Assembly (NCBI GenBank): GCA_905201895.1
Contig: CAJKPX010000005.1
Span: 13,504 to 77,503 of the forward strand
Direction of reading: 5' to 3'
Origin: an uncultured Eubacteriales bacterium
Lineage (GTDB): Bacteria > Bacillota > Clostridia > Oscillospirales > CAG-272
Length of the DNA stretch: 64,000 nt
Below, in pieces: positions 9,855-18,833 of this stretch. Each line of letters starts with the position of its first letter. Position 1 is the stretch's first letter. Both the position numbers and the translations under genes were made by a program. The notes beneath the pieces were generated by a model, which was not told the origin of the DNA, did not search any database, and saw only the letters and a list, made by a program, of their open reading frames with translations.

Positions 9855-9998
9855 AAGCGAAAAAAATTAACCGTACAAAGACACAACGTCTCCGCACGGT
9901 TCACCCTCCTCGCGCATTTGCACCAAAAGGAAATGTCGTTATCAACCCGCAGCACAACCGGTGTGCAGGTGAGAGCGGAGCGCTCTGCTTTGTTTTAC
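9855..9998 (-). promoter_or_regulatory. infC-rpmI-rplT leader with attenuator hairpin (L20-leader-like)
   Basis: About 145 nt lie between the consensus promoter and the infC RBS. The leader ends in aaccgt...acggtt plus aattttttt (plus coordinates 9861-9901). This is the known position of the Firmicute L20 leader. Confidence 0.55.
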
Positions 9999-10004
9999 TC
10001 GGTT

Positions 10005-10033
10005 ATTATACCACTCTTCCCCCGATTTGTCAA
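10005..10033 (-). promoter_or_regulatory. SigA-type promoter of the infC operon
   Basis: TTGACA, 17-nt spacer, TATAAT; an exact consensus on the minus strand. Confidence 0.7.
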
Positions 10034-10202
10034 TAGCTTTTCAAAAAATATTTTTAATCTTTTTTCGGCGTTTTCCATTTTTTGGTATGACATGAAATGT
10101 CCATTGACAATTATAACAAAAGATCGCATCTTTTTTGGGGCGAAATTCTACCCTATATGCTTTTTCACAAAAATAATTGCCGATTTTCGTCACTATTGAA
10201 TA

Positions 10203-10231
10203 TTTACAAATCGCTCCGAATTTGGTATAAT
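10203..10231 (+). promoter_or_regulatory. Orphan strong promoter in a gene-free gap
   Basis: TTTACA, 17-nt spacer, TATAAT, with a TGg extended -10 element. No plus-strand CDS lies downstream. Confidence 0.5.
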
Positions 10232-10237
10232 ATTGAT

Positions 10238-10355
10238 TACTGACAGGCAATCGCTTGTCAGGTTCCCCTTTTTTGCACACCACACTCCGTCTTGCGAAAT
10301 GCCAAGCTCATGGCATCCCTGCGCCTGAACGGTCTCGGGTGTGCAATTTTAATTT
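10238..10355 (+). ncRNA. Candidate small structured RNA (unclassified)
   Basis: A 9-bp hairpin at 10240-10261, with a G.U pair that is valid only on the plus strand, is followed by a T6 run. A 71-nt multi-helix hairpin at 10274-10345 is closed by tgcacacc/ggtgtgca and followed by attttaattt. Confidence 0.3.
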
Positions 10356-10382
10356 ATGTAGTAAAAAATTCCAAATTACAAG

Positions 10383-10432
10383 CAAAAAACACGCCATTGA
10401 CGCAAAAAAGCGGCTCAATCGCGTGTTTTTTT
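10383..10432. terminator. Bidirectional terminator downstream of the nucleotidyltransferase gene
   Basis: acacgc...gcgtgt extended hairpin flanked by an A6 run and a T7 run. Confidence 0.65.
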
Positions 10433-10460
10433 CACATTTTCAGCCCATTTCAGACGTTTT

Positions 10461-11345
10461 TCAGAGCTTTTCCGGGTAAATGCCTTTTCTATGCAGAAGC
10501 TGCAGCTCTGCCATCACGGTCTCGCGGTCTGCCTGATAGGTGATACCGAACCAACGGTCATGCGAGGGCTTTGCGCGCACTGTGATACGTTCATCTTCAA
10601 GAAAATCGTTGACCATCACGGGGAGCAGACACTCCGCCTTGATATTGTCGGGAGCGATGCCGCGCAGGAAATCCTCAAAGTATTTGGTCATTTCGTCAAG
10701 AAGCGCGGGATGGAAGCCCCAAATGTTCATCGAAACCATCTCTTGAGGATCAAGTCCGCCGTATTCTCCAACGATACGGTGATCCTCCTCATAGTGAATA
10801 TCGTGCGTTTCGTCAACGCGCCGCAGCTGTCCTCGCTCAATATCGCAGATACCGCGCGTAACGCCTCCGTTCTCACTCATGGTATTGCCGAGGATATAGG
10901 GCACCATGCCTGCCTCGCTCTTGGAAGTGAGGCTCACAAGCATCTCGTGCATGATGCAAAACGCCTCCTTGCCATAGTAATCATCGGCGTTGACGGTTGC
11001 GAAGGGGCCGCGAATGACGTCCTTTGCGCAGAGAACGGCGTGAACCGTTCCAAAGGGCTTTACACGGTCGGAGGGCACCGAATACCACGCAGGGAGTGAT
11101 TGCATATCCTGAACGGCGTAATCGACGCGTACGCGCCCCTCAATGCGGCGTCCGACGCTCTCGCGAACGGTCTCGACCATTTCCTCCTTCAAAATAAACA
11201 CGACCTGCGTAAAGCCTGCCTCGATCGCATCGTGAATTGAATATTCCATTAACATCTCACCGTTGGGACCCACGTGAGAAATCTGTTTATTACCTCCAAA
11301 GCGGCTGCCAAGACCTGCCGCGAGAATGACGAGGGTTGTATCCAT
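10461..11345 (-). CDS. Sugar-phosphate nucleotidyltransferase family protein
   Basis: N-terminal LVILAAGLGSRFGG motif. ATG at 11345 lies 8 nt after GGAGG. Confidence 0.8.
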   Translation of the reverse strand: MDTTLVILAAGLGSRFGGNKQISHVGPNGEMLMEYSIHDAIEAGFTQVVFILKEEMVETVRESVGRRIEGRVRVDYAVQDMQSLPAWYSVPSDRVKPFGTVHAVLCAKDVIRGPFATVNADDYYGKEAFCIMHEMLVSLTSKSEAGMVPYILGNTMSENGGVTRGICDIERGQLRRVDETHDIHYEEDHRIVGEYGGLDPQEMVSMNIWGFHPALLDEMTKYFEDFLRGIAPDNIKAECLLPVMVNDFLEDERITVRAKPSHDRWFGITYQADRETVMAELQLLHRKGIYPEKL

Positions 11346-11376
11346 GAAAAAAACCTCCTTCACGTTGTTTTCCTAT

Positions 11377-11405
11377 ATTATACACGCTTTGAAGCGTTTT
11401 GTCAA
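11377..11405 (-). promoter_or_regulatory. SigA-type promoter
   Basis: TTGACA, 17-nt spacer, TATAAT; an exact consensus. Confidence 0.65.
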
Positions 11406-11460
11406 GCCCTGACACACTTTTGCAAAAAGTCCCTGCCCGCTCCACGCTCTGCCCAGAGCA

Positions 11461-11497
11461 CAACAGCAAAACGGGACCTGCGATGGCAGGGCCCGTT
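11461..11497 (-). terminator. ftsZ terminator
   Basis: aaacgggccctgc-catc-gcaggtcccgttt followed by tgctgttg. Confidence 0.6.
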
Positions 11498-11524
11498 TGA
11501 GCTTATGTTTTAAGGCTCTTGTTC

Positions 11525-12694
11525 TTATTTCTTTTTCTTGACGAGATTGAGGATATCGTCGAAATCATCGTCATCTGCAGGAGGAGGAGTCGGCTTTTTC
11601 ACAGGGCGCTTTACAGGCTCTGCTGCCTCGGGACGCTCCTGCTTGGTGAACACGTCACCGCGAGCGGCGGGCTTGCTCTCCTCTGCCTTTGCAGCGATTT
11701 GCTTCTTTTTGGTTTCGTTGCGCTGCTCATCCTCGGGCTTCTTCTCAAAGCCGGTTGCGATAATGGTGATGCGCATCTCGTCCTCAAGCTCCTCGTCGAG
11801 CGTAACACCCCAGATCACGTTTGCATCGGGATGTGCCTCCTGCGCGATCAGAGTGGAAGCGAACTCGGTGTCCTCGAGCGAAACGTCGGGCGATACCGAA
11901 ATGTTCATCAGGATGCCCTTTGCACCTCTGATCGAGGTTTCAAGCAGCGGGCTGGAGATTGCCTCCTTTGCAGCCTGCTCTGCCTTGTCCTTACCCGTTG
12001 CGGCACCAACGCCCATGTGTGCGTAGCCCGCATCTGCCATGACGCTGGTAACATCGGCAAAGTCGAGGTTGATCAGACCCGTAACGTTAATCAGGTCGGA
12101 AATGCTCTTTACGCCGCGACGGAGCACGTCATCGGCGATATTGAACGCGTTGAGGATCGTGAGCTTCGTGAAGGAAACCTCCTTGAGGCGCTCGTTGGGG
12201 ATCACGATCAGCGAGTCAACGTACTGTGCCAGCTCTGCGATACCCGCCTCTGCCTGGTCCATTCTTCTCTTACCCTCGAAGATGAAGGGCTTGGTAACGA
12301 TTCCAACGGTGAGGATATCAAGCTCGCGTGCAACGCGTGCCACAACGGGAGCAGCACCCGTTCCCGTTCCGCCGCCCATTCCTGCCGTGATGAACACCAT
12401 GTCGGTGCCCTCCAGGATCGAACGGATCTCCTCGATGGACTCCTCAGCCGCACGCTCACCGATCTGCGGATTTGCACCCGCGCCAAAGCCTCTGGTGATC
12501 TTTTCACCGATCACGAGCTGGTTGGGCGCCTCGGACTTGCGCAGAGCCTGACGGTCGGTGTTGATCGAAACGAACTCAACGCCGCGGATATTGCTCTCGA
12601 TCATGCGGTTTACGGCGTTGTTTCCGCCGCCGCCTACGCCGATTACCTTAATGTTGACGCCACATTCCAGGCTATCATCATGTTCAAATGTCAT
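11525..12694 (-). CDS. ftsZ: Cell division protein FtsZ
   Basis: [10 protein letters not shown] tubulin signature, a basic/proline-rich linker, and the C-terminal peptide [14 protein letters not shown]. Confidence 0.97.
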   Translation of the reverse strand: MTFEHDDSLECGVNIKVIGVGGGGNNAVNRMIESNIRGVEFVSINTDRQALRKSEAPNQLVIGEKITRGFGAGANPQIGERAAEESIEEIRSILEGTDMVFITAGMGGGTGTGAAPVVARVARELDILTVGIVTKPFIFEGKRRMDQAEAGIAELAQYVDSLIVIPNERLKEVSFTKLTILNAFNIADDVLRRGVKSISDLINVTGLINLDFADVTSVMADAGYAHMGVGAATGKDKAEQAAKEAISSPLLETSIRGAKGILMNISVSPDVSLEDTEFASTLIAQEAHPDANVIWGVTLDEELEDEMRITIIATGFEKKPEDEQRNETKKKQIAAKAEESKPAARGDVFTKQERPEAAEPVKRPVKKPTPPPADDDDFDDILNLVKKKK

Positions 12695-12780
12695 GTTTTC
12701 ATCCTCCCGAACTTTTACAAATCATCGAATTCTTCAACTCGACGCCCGCTTTTGGGGCTTTACAGACTTACTCATATAAT

Positions 12781-12809
12781 ATAATACTATTTTTTTTTGA
12801 TTTTTGCAA
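12781..12809 (-). promoter_or_regulatory. Dedicated ftsZ promoter
   Basis: TTGCAA, 17-nt spacer, TATTAT in an AT-rich 245-bp gap, preceded by a hairpin terminator after ftsQ. Confidence 0.5.
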
Positions 12810-12940
12810 GTGTTTTTTTAATTTTTTTGAATAAAATCCGATTTATTTTTGAAAAAAACGGTTTTCACGCTCTTTTCTGTCGCACAGACAGTCAAAAAAC
12901 GTCGAAAAACCGTTTTTTCTATCGCGCTTGGCGCTCGTTC

Positions 12941-13801
12941 TCAATCTGCCATGAGCAGCTCACCGCCCTCAATGAGACGGTAGGTGGGCTTTTTCATGTC
13001 GCTCACGTCCACAACGGCAGATACACCGCCAACGTCGCCCTTGATTTCAAGAATGCCGTTGACAATCTCAAGCTTCTGCTCCATATCGGCAACGCGACCG
13101 ACTCTGATGCGGCAGCTTGCGTTCACAACGTAGGAAACGCTGTATTTGCCCGCGCAGTCAACCGAGGTGACGCTCGGCAGCACACCAACGGCGTCAAGAA
13201 CGTTGATCAGCTCGTTGACGTAGGAGAGGTCGGCATCGGGGTTTTCGAGCTTGATCGGCTCTCCAACCGTGATCGAAGCGATCGCAGGCAGCTCTGCCTT
13301 GAGAAAATCGGCGAAGCTGCTCTCGTCGTAGCTCTGCTCAAGCACGCGAAAATCATCGTCGGCGTCGATCGAAAAATATCTGCCGCAGAATTCGGTGTAG
13401 AGCATGCCCGAGCGCTCGGTGACCTCAATGGTTACACCGTTGAGTCCGAGCTTGATGCTCACCTCGTCCACGTAGATGCACTTTTCCCAAATGGATTGGC
13501 AAACCTCGTTGATATTGATCCCGAGAATTTCCTGCCCTACCTCAATTCCGGAGGCGGCGGATATCTGCTCGGGGGTATAATAGCTTGCTCCTTTGACCGT
13601 GATCGTTTGCACACGGAAGCTCGGCAGGATCAGCAGCAACAGCCCCACCACAACGATCAGGGACGCGAGTACGAGCATTCCGTTACGCAACAGGCGCAAA
13701 AGTGCGGGGTTGGGGCGACGTCTTTGCGGCGGACGCGAGGAGGTCTGTCCCGTTCGGGGCGGTGTGCCCGTGGGCTTGGTCTTGATTTCCTGCTTGTTCA
13801 T
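12941..13801 (-). CDS. ftsQ: Cell division protein FtsQ/DivIB
   Basis: Basic N-terminus, a single TM helix and a POTRA-like region (VQTITVKGASYYTPEQI), in the dcw position. Confidence 0.8.
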   Translation of the reverse strand: MNKQEIKTKPTGTPPRTGQTSSRPPQRRRPNPALLRLLRNGMLVLASLIVVVGLLLLILPSFRVQTITVKGASYYTPEQISAASGIEVGQEILGININEVCQSIWEKCIYVDEVSIKLGLNGVTIEVTERSGMLYTEFCGRYFSIDADDDFRVLEQSYDESSFADFLKAELPAIASITVGEPIKLENPDADLSYVNELINVLDAVGVLPSVTSVDCAGKYSVSYVVNASCRIRVGRVADMEQKLEIVNGILEIKGDVGGVSAVVDVSDMKKPTYRLIEGGELLMAD

Positions 13802-13833
13802 CTTACTAACAATCCTTTCGATTGATTTTCCTT

Positions 13834-14961
13834 TTATTTTCGGGTGCCCAGAAGCGAGCCGATCTCATTCCAGATTCTTCGGTTTGCCTCGGGATCAGCA
13901 AAGGCTGCTATTTTTTCTTCCATGCTCTCTCGGCGAGCGGGGTCCGATAGAATTGCCCGAACGGCACCCGAGAGCACGCCGTCATCCGCAACCTCGGCAT
14001 CGGTAAGAACGGTTGCCGCACCTGCATTTCCAAGCTCGGAGGCATTGAGAAACTGATGATTATAGGCAACGGTGGAGGACGGAACCAGAATGCACGCCTT
14101 GCGCATGAGAGCCAGCTCCGAAAGGGTCATTGCACCTGCACGGCTGATCACGAGATCCGCCGCTGCCATACGAAGCGGCATGTCGTAGATATAATCCTTG
14201 AGAATACAGTTTTTTGCCTCGTCAAGCCCTGCCTCGCGAAAGGCTGCCATGCTTGCCTCCAGCCCGGCTTTTCCGGTTGCGTGCACGTGCAGCACGCGCG
14301 GATCCTTGGAGGAGAGCTCGCTCATGAGCTTAATCACGCCGCGGTTGATCTGCGCCGCTCCACCGCTCCCACCAAAGGAGAGGATCAGCAAGCGGTCATC
14401 CGCAATGCCGAGGCGACGTCTCGCCTCCGCCTTGCTCAAGCCGCCGAAATCGCCGCGCAGAGGGTTTCCGACACACGTTACCTTGCTCTTGCAGGAGAGG
14501 TGCTCGACCGTGCCGGGAAAATTGGTCCAGATGCGGTCCACCTTTTTTTCAAGCCAACGAACCGCTTTGCCCGGATGAGAGTTTGATTCGTGAACCGCCG
14601 TGGGAATTCCGCGCTTGGCGGCAGCCGCCATGATCGGCCAGCAAACGTATCCGCCCGTTCCGATCACGAGATCGGGCTTGAAGGTATCGAGAATTTCACG
14701 CGTATCCTTGGCATTGGGACCCGTGAGCACGAGCCATGCCGCATGAAGATTGGAGGGCGTGGGCAGCTTTCCCGAAAAGCCCTTGGCACGAACAAAATAG
14801 AGCGGATATCCCGCACGCGGAACGAGGTCCTCCTCGCGCTTTCCGCGAACGCCGACAAACGCGATCTCTGCGGTGGGATCATTTTGTTTTACGGTTTCGG
14901 CAATGGCGAGCGCAGGATTGATATGCCCTGCGGTTCCGCCGCCTGTGAGCAAAAGTCGCAT
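13834..14961 (-). CDS. murG: Undecaprenyldiphospho-muramoylpentapeptide beta-N-acetylglucosaminyltransferase MurG
   Basis: MRLLLTGGGTAGHINPALA start motif. Start moved to the internal ATG at 14961. Confidence 0.93.
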   Translation of the reverse strand: MRLLLTGGGTAGHINPALAIAETVKQNDPTAEIAFVGVRGKREEDLVPRAGYPLYFVRAKGFSGKLPTPSNLHAAWLVLTGPNAKDTREILDTFKPDLVIGTGGYVCWPIMAAAAKRGIPTAVHESNSHPGKAVRWLEKKVDRIWTNFPGTVEHLSCKSKVTCVGNPLRGDFGGLSKAEARRRLGIADDRLLILSFGGSGGAAQINRGVIKLMSELSSKDPRVLHVHATGKAGLEASMAAFREAGLDEAKNCILKDYIYDMPLRMAAADLVISRAGAMTLSELALMRKACILVPSSTVAYNHQFLNASELGNAGAATVLTDAEVADDGVLSGAVRAILSDPARRESMEEKIAAFADPEANRRIWNEIGSLLGTRK

Positions 14962-15022
14962 TTTGTCATCTCCTTTGGTTGAATTGTGTTCGCTCCGTCG
15001 GCAATGCAAACGGAGAGGGGGG

Positions 15023-16276
15023 TTAAATTTTTCGATGGGATGCGTAGCGTGAGATTGAGAGAATAATTCCCACCTCAAAGACCTGCAGCATCAGCGACGT
15101 GCCGCCGTAGCTGAAGAACGGAAGCGCGATGCCCGTGTTGGGCATGGAATTGGTGACGACCGCCACGTTCAGAAGCACCTGAAGTGCAACCTTGAAGGTC
15201 AGGCCGTAGACCGTGAGTGCGCTAAATTTATCGGGACAGTGCCGCGCGATGTAAAATCCGCGCCAGGTGAAGGCAACGAAAAGTCCGAGCACGAGCAGCG
15301 CTCCAACGAAGCCGAGCTCCTCGCACACGATGGTGAAGATGAAATCGTTTTGCGGCTGAGAAACGTAGCCGAATTTCTGGTCGCTGTTTCCGAGCCCCTT
15401 TCCAAAGAGACCGCCCGAGCCGATCGCCATCAGCCCCTGAAGCGTTTGCCAGGCAGAACCGAGTGGGTCGGCGTCCTCAATAAAGAGCCAGGTCATCACG
15501 CGCGCCTGCGCATATTCGGACACCAGAACGAGCAGACAGCCCGCAACTCCAACGAGCGCGGCGATTCCGAAGATCCAACGCCATTTCGTTCCTGCAAGGA
15601 GCATCACGGCAATGCCGATCATGCCCACGATCATCAGACCCGAAATGTGCCGTTCTGCCGCGATCAGGAGCGCAACCGCACCGATCATGAAACCGGGATA
15701 AAGCACACCGTATCGAAAGCTTCCGCCGAAGCGGTCGATCGAGAGCACCTTTTTTTCATGGTGCGCGAGAAAGCGTGCAAGCGCAAGAACGAGCGCAAGC
15801 TTGGCGATCTCGGAGGGCTGAAAGGTGAAAATACCGAGATTGATCCAACGCTTTGCTCCGCTCCCGAGATCAACGCCGATCACCAGAACGAGCAGAAGCA
15901 AAAGAATTGCAGCACCGAACAGAATATAGCTGAAATCACGCCAGAACAGCGGCGTGCAGATTTTCACAACCACTGCGGTAAAGGCAATCGACATCAACAG
16001 GAAAACAAGATGACGTGCGATAAAATAGGTGTTGTCGTCATGATATTGCTCGGCATAAACCGACGATGCGCTGTATATCATCACGCATCCGAACAGAACG
16101 AGCGCGGTTGTGATCAATAAAAATGGAACGTCAACGATCCCCTTGGTCGGGAGAACGGTCTCGCGCTCGGGCTCCGGATGGATCTTTTCCCGATAGATCG
16201 TGAGGTCCTCATATCGTTTTCCGCGAAAAAAGCCTCGGCGGCGCGGCGTGTTATTCTGATTTTCTTCCAGACTCAT
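15023..16276 (-). CDS. ftsW: FtsW/SpoVE (SEDS family) peptidoglycan polymerase
   Basis: Ten-TM SEDS protein with SEDS motifs (the translation reads ...IALPFFSYGGTSL), in the dcw position. Confidence 0.9.
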   Translation of the reverse strand: MSLEENQNNTPRRRGFFRGKRYEDLTIYREKIHPEPERETVLPTKGIVDVPFLLITTALVLFGCVMIYSASSVYAEQYHDDNTYFIARHLVFLLMSIAFTAVVVKICTPLFWRDFSYILFGAAILLLLLVLVIGVDLGSGAKRWINLGIFTFQPSEIAKLALVLALARFLAHHEKKVLSIDRFGGSFRYGVLYPGFMIGAVALLIAAERHISGLMIVGMIGIAVMLLAGTKWRWIFGIAALVGVAGCLLVLVSEYAQARVMTWLFIEDADPLGSAWQTLQGLMAIGSGGLFGKGLGNSDQKFGYVSQPQNDFIFTIVCEELGFVGALLVLGLFVAFTWRGFYIARHCPDKFSALTVYGLTFKVALQVLLNVAVVTNSMPNTGIALPFFSYGGTSLMLQVFEVGIILSISRYASHRKI

Positions 16277-16336
16277 GCTGCGCCCCTTTCGTTTTTTACG
16301 GTAGTTTCAATTCAAAGCCGGTTGCGCTCCGTCAGA

Positions 16337-17350
16337 TCAAAGTGCAAGCCACGCAACGATGCAGAACAAAAGCTCAACGAGAGAAAAAACAATGACAATT
16401 TTGATCTCCCCCCAGCCGCATTTCTCGAAATGGTGATGAAGCGGCGCCATGCGGAGGATGCGTCTGCCGCGACGGTCACGGCAGAGGCGCTTGGTGATGC
16501 GAAAGACGGTTGTTTGAAGCAGGCTTGAGAGCATTTCGATGATAAAGACCGCCGAAACGATCAATCCAACGAGCTCCTCCTTTGCCTGAAATGCGGTAGC
16601 AATGACAAACGCTCCGAAGAAAAGCGAGCCCGTGTCACCCATAAACACTCTTGCGGGGTGAAAATTGTAAACGAGAAATCCGAGCGAGGAACCGATCAGA
16701 ACTGCCGCCACGGGAGAAAGCTGCACGTCGCGTGCAACGAACGCCCAGACCGCGAAGAATCCGCCGATCACAAAGACCACCGAGCTTGCAAGCCCGTCAA
16801 TGCCGTCGGTGATATTTCCGCCGTTGACAACGCCTGCAAGGAACAGAACTGCAATCGGATACCAGAACACGCCAAGCTCAAGCTCGATATCGGTAAAGGG
16901 TAAGGAGACCGAGGTGTCCATGTTGCCCGTGTAGGACATGATGCAAACGTACGCCGCTGCAATCACGATCTGAAGCAGAAGCTTTTGACAGGAGGTGAGT
17001 CCCTCATTCTGTTTTTTGATCAGCTTGCAATAATCGTCAACAAATCCGATTGCTCCGTTCGCCACGGCAAAGGCAACGGTGAGTGCAAGCGAAATGAAGC
17101 GCGGGGCTACACCGCGCACGCCCTGCACGGTGAAAAACACCGCCATGACGATCAGCGTGGCAAGAATAAATCCGATGCCACCCATGATCGGAGTTCCCTC
17201 CTTGGATTTGTGCCAACGGGGACCGATCTCGAGAATTTTTTGTCCCAGCTTGCGACCGCGCAGGATCGGGATCAAACGGTTTTCAAAGAACACCGTCAAT
17301 GCAAAAACCGATAGCATCATTGCCAGAAAGCTAATCAAAAACCAATCCAT
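16337..17350 (-). CDS. mraY: Phospho-N-acetylmuramoyl-pentapeptide transferase MraY
   Basis: MraY motifs (GTPIMGG, NGGNITDGIDGLA, MGDTGSL, APLHHHFE). Confidence 0.96.
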   Translation of the reverse strand: MDWFLISFLAMMLSVFALTVFFENRLIPILRGRKLGQKILEIGPRWHKSKEGTPIMGGIGFILATLIVMAVFFTVQGVRGVAPRFISLALTVAFAVANGAIGFVDDYCKLIKKQNEGLTSCQKLLLQIVIAAAYVCIMSYTGNMDTSVSLPFTDIELELGVFWYPIAVLFLAGVVNGGNITDGIDGLASSVVFVIGGFFAVWAFVARDVQLSPVAAVLIGSSLGFLVYNFHPARVFMGDTGSLFFGAFVIATAFQAKEELVGLIVSAVFIIEMLSSLLQTTVFRITKRLCRDRRGRRILRMAPLHHHFEKCGWGEIKIVIVFSLVELLFCIVAWLAL

Positions 17351-17377
17351 CCTACGTCCAATCCTTTCTTGCCCTCG

Positions 17378-18799
17378 TCAGATCCGACTCTGAAGATAGG
17401 CGATCATTTTCTCCGCTCCAACCGAGCGACTTGCCTTAAATAGAACCACGTCACCGTCACGGAGTGTTCCGAGCAGCTGCTCGGCGGCCTCTGTGAGTGC
17501 CTCCACATTGGAATTTTGCACAATCCGTGACTTGGACATGCCGTTTTGCCGGGCACCGACGGCGATCTGGTCGCCCCCCTTGCCTACCGTGAAAAGCAGG
17601 TCGATGCCTTTTTTCGCCAGATATGCTCCAACCGAGCGATGCAGCATCGGGCTGTCCACGCCAAGTTCGAGCATGTCTCCCAAAACCGCCACGCTGCGAT
17701 GCCCCGTGCGCGTGGAATACTGCTTGAGAACGTCCACAGCGGCGATCATAGATTCGGGTGAGGCGTTGTAGCAATCCTCAATCACGGTGATTCTGCCCAT
17801 CTGATAGATGTGCTGACGCATACCGTCCGGATGATACTCCATCATACCGCGTCGGATTTCATCCTCTCCCATGCCCGCGATCGTTGCAACTGAGAAAGCA
17901 TAAAGTGCAGCGTATACGTTGTGCCGACCGAGCAGACGGATCGACAGCTCGCGCACTGTGTGATCCCCGTGAACGATATCAAAAACCGTTCGATCGGTTT
18001 CCACTCTGATATTCTTTGCATAAAAGTCGGCTTTCTCGCAAGAATGCGAAACATAAACCGTTTGGTAACTTTTGCCGTGAATTCCGCGAAGAAGCGGCTC
18101 GTCGGCACTCAAAATCAAAATCCCGTTTTCCTTGAGACCCGATAAAATTTCAAGCTTCGCGCGGCAGATATTCTCACGCGAGCCGAGCATTTCCATGTGT
18201 GAGGTGCCGATATTGGTGATGATGGCAATATCGGGCTCGGAGGCAATCGAAAGACGCTCGATCTCACCAAAGCCGCTCATCCCCATCTCCAGCACCGCCC
18301 AATCGCTCTCGGTTGGAATCGAGAGCATGGAAAGCGGCATGCCGATCGTACTGTTGTGGTTTCCGGGCGTCTTTGCAACGCGTGAGGAAACAGACAGCAC
18401 CGAGGCGATCAGGTCCTTCGTCGTGGTTTTGCCAACGCTCCCCGTGACGGCAACCGTTTTGCAGCGAAGATAGCGGCGGTAGCCGTTTGCAAGCAGCGAA
18501 AGTGCCATTTCGGTGTCGCTGACCACGATCGCGGTGGCATCCGACGCTTCGAGCTCTCCCGTTGTGTGGTCACAGATCACGCAGCGGCATCCGCGCTCGA
18601 GCGCGGCGGGGATGTAATCGTGACCGTCAACGCGCTCTCCGCGAAGCGCCACGAATGCGGTTTCGGCGTCTGCCTCTCGTGAATCGGTGCAGATATAACG
18701 TACGGCAACCTCACCGAGCGCGCCCTGGTGGAGCTCTCCTCCACACATGCGTGCCAGCGTTCCGAAGCTGATTTGATTGATACTGAATGACGTTTTCAT
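17378..18799 (-). CDS. murF: UDP-MurNAc-tripeptide--D-Ala-D-Ala ligase MurF
   Basis: Mur ligase P-loop VTGSVGKTTTK, in the dcw position after murE. Confidence 0.92.
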   Translation of the reverse strand: MKTSFSINQISFGTLARMCGGELHQGALGEVAVRYICTDSREADAETAFVALRGERVDGHDYIPAALERGCRCVICDHTTGELEASDATAIVVSDTEMALSLLANGYRRYLRCKTVAVTGSVGKTTTKDLIASVLSVSSRVAKTPGNHNSTIGMPLSMLSIPTESDWAVLEMGMSGFGEIERLSIASEPDIAIITNIGTSHMEMLGSRENICRAKLEILSGLKENGILILSADEPLLRGIHGKSYQTVYVSHSCEKADFYAKNIRVETDRTVFDIVHGDHTVRELSIRLLGRHNVYAALYAFSVATIAGMGEDEIRRGMMEYHPDGMRQHIYQMGRITVIEDCYNASPESMIAAVDVLKQYSTRTGHRSVAVLGDMLELGVDSPMLHRSVGAYLAKKGIDLLFTVGKGGDQIAVGARQNGMSKSRIVQNSNVEALTEAAEQLLGTLRDGDVVLFKASRSVGAEKMIAYLQSRI

Positions 18800-18833
18800 A
18801 ATTCGCTTCTCCGTAGCCGTTGCAGAATAGTTT

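Noticed and set aside
10041-10283. An 80-aa minus-strand ORF, and the 10255-10479 / 10292-10543 plus-strand ORFs, in the gene-free gap.
   Set aside because: They are AT-rich, have no RBS, and their translations are low-complexity. They overlap promoter and hairpin elements that explain the sequence better.
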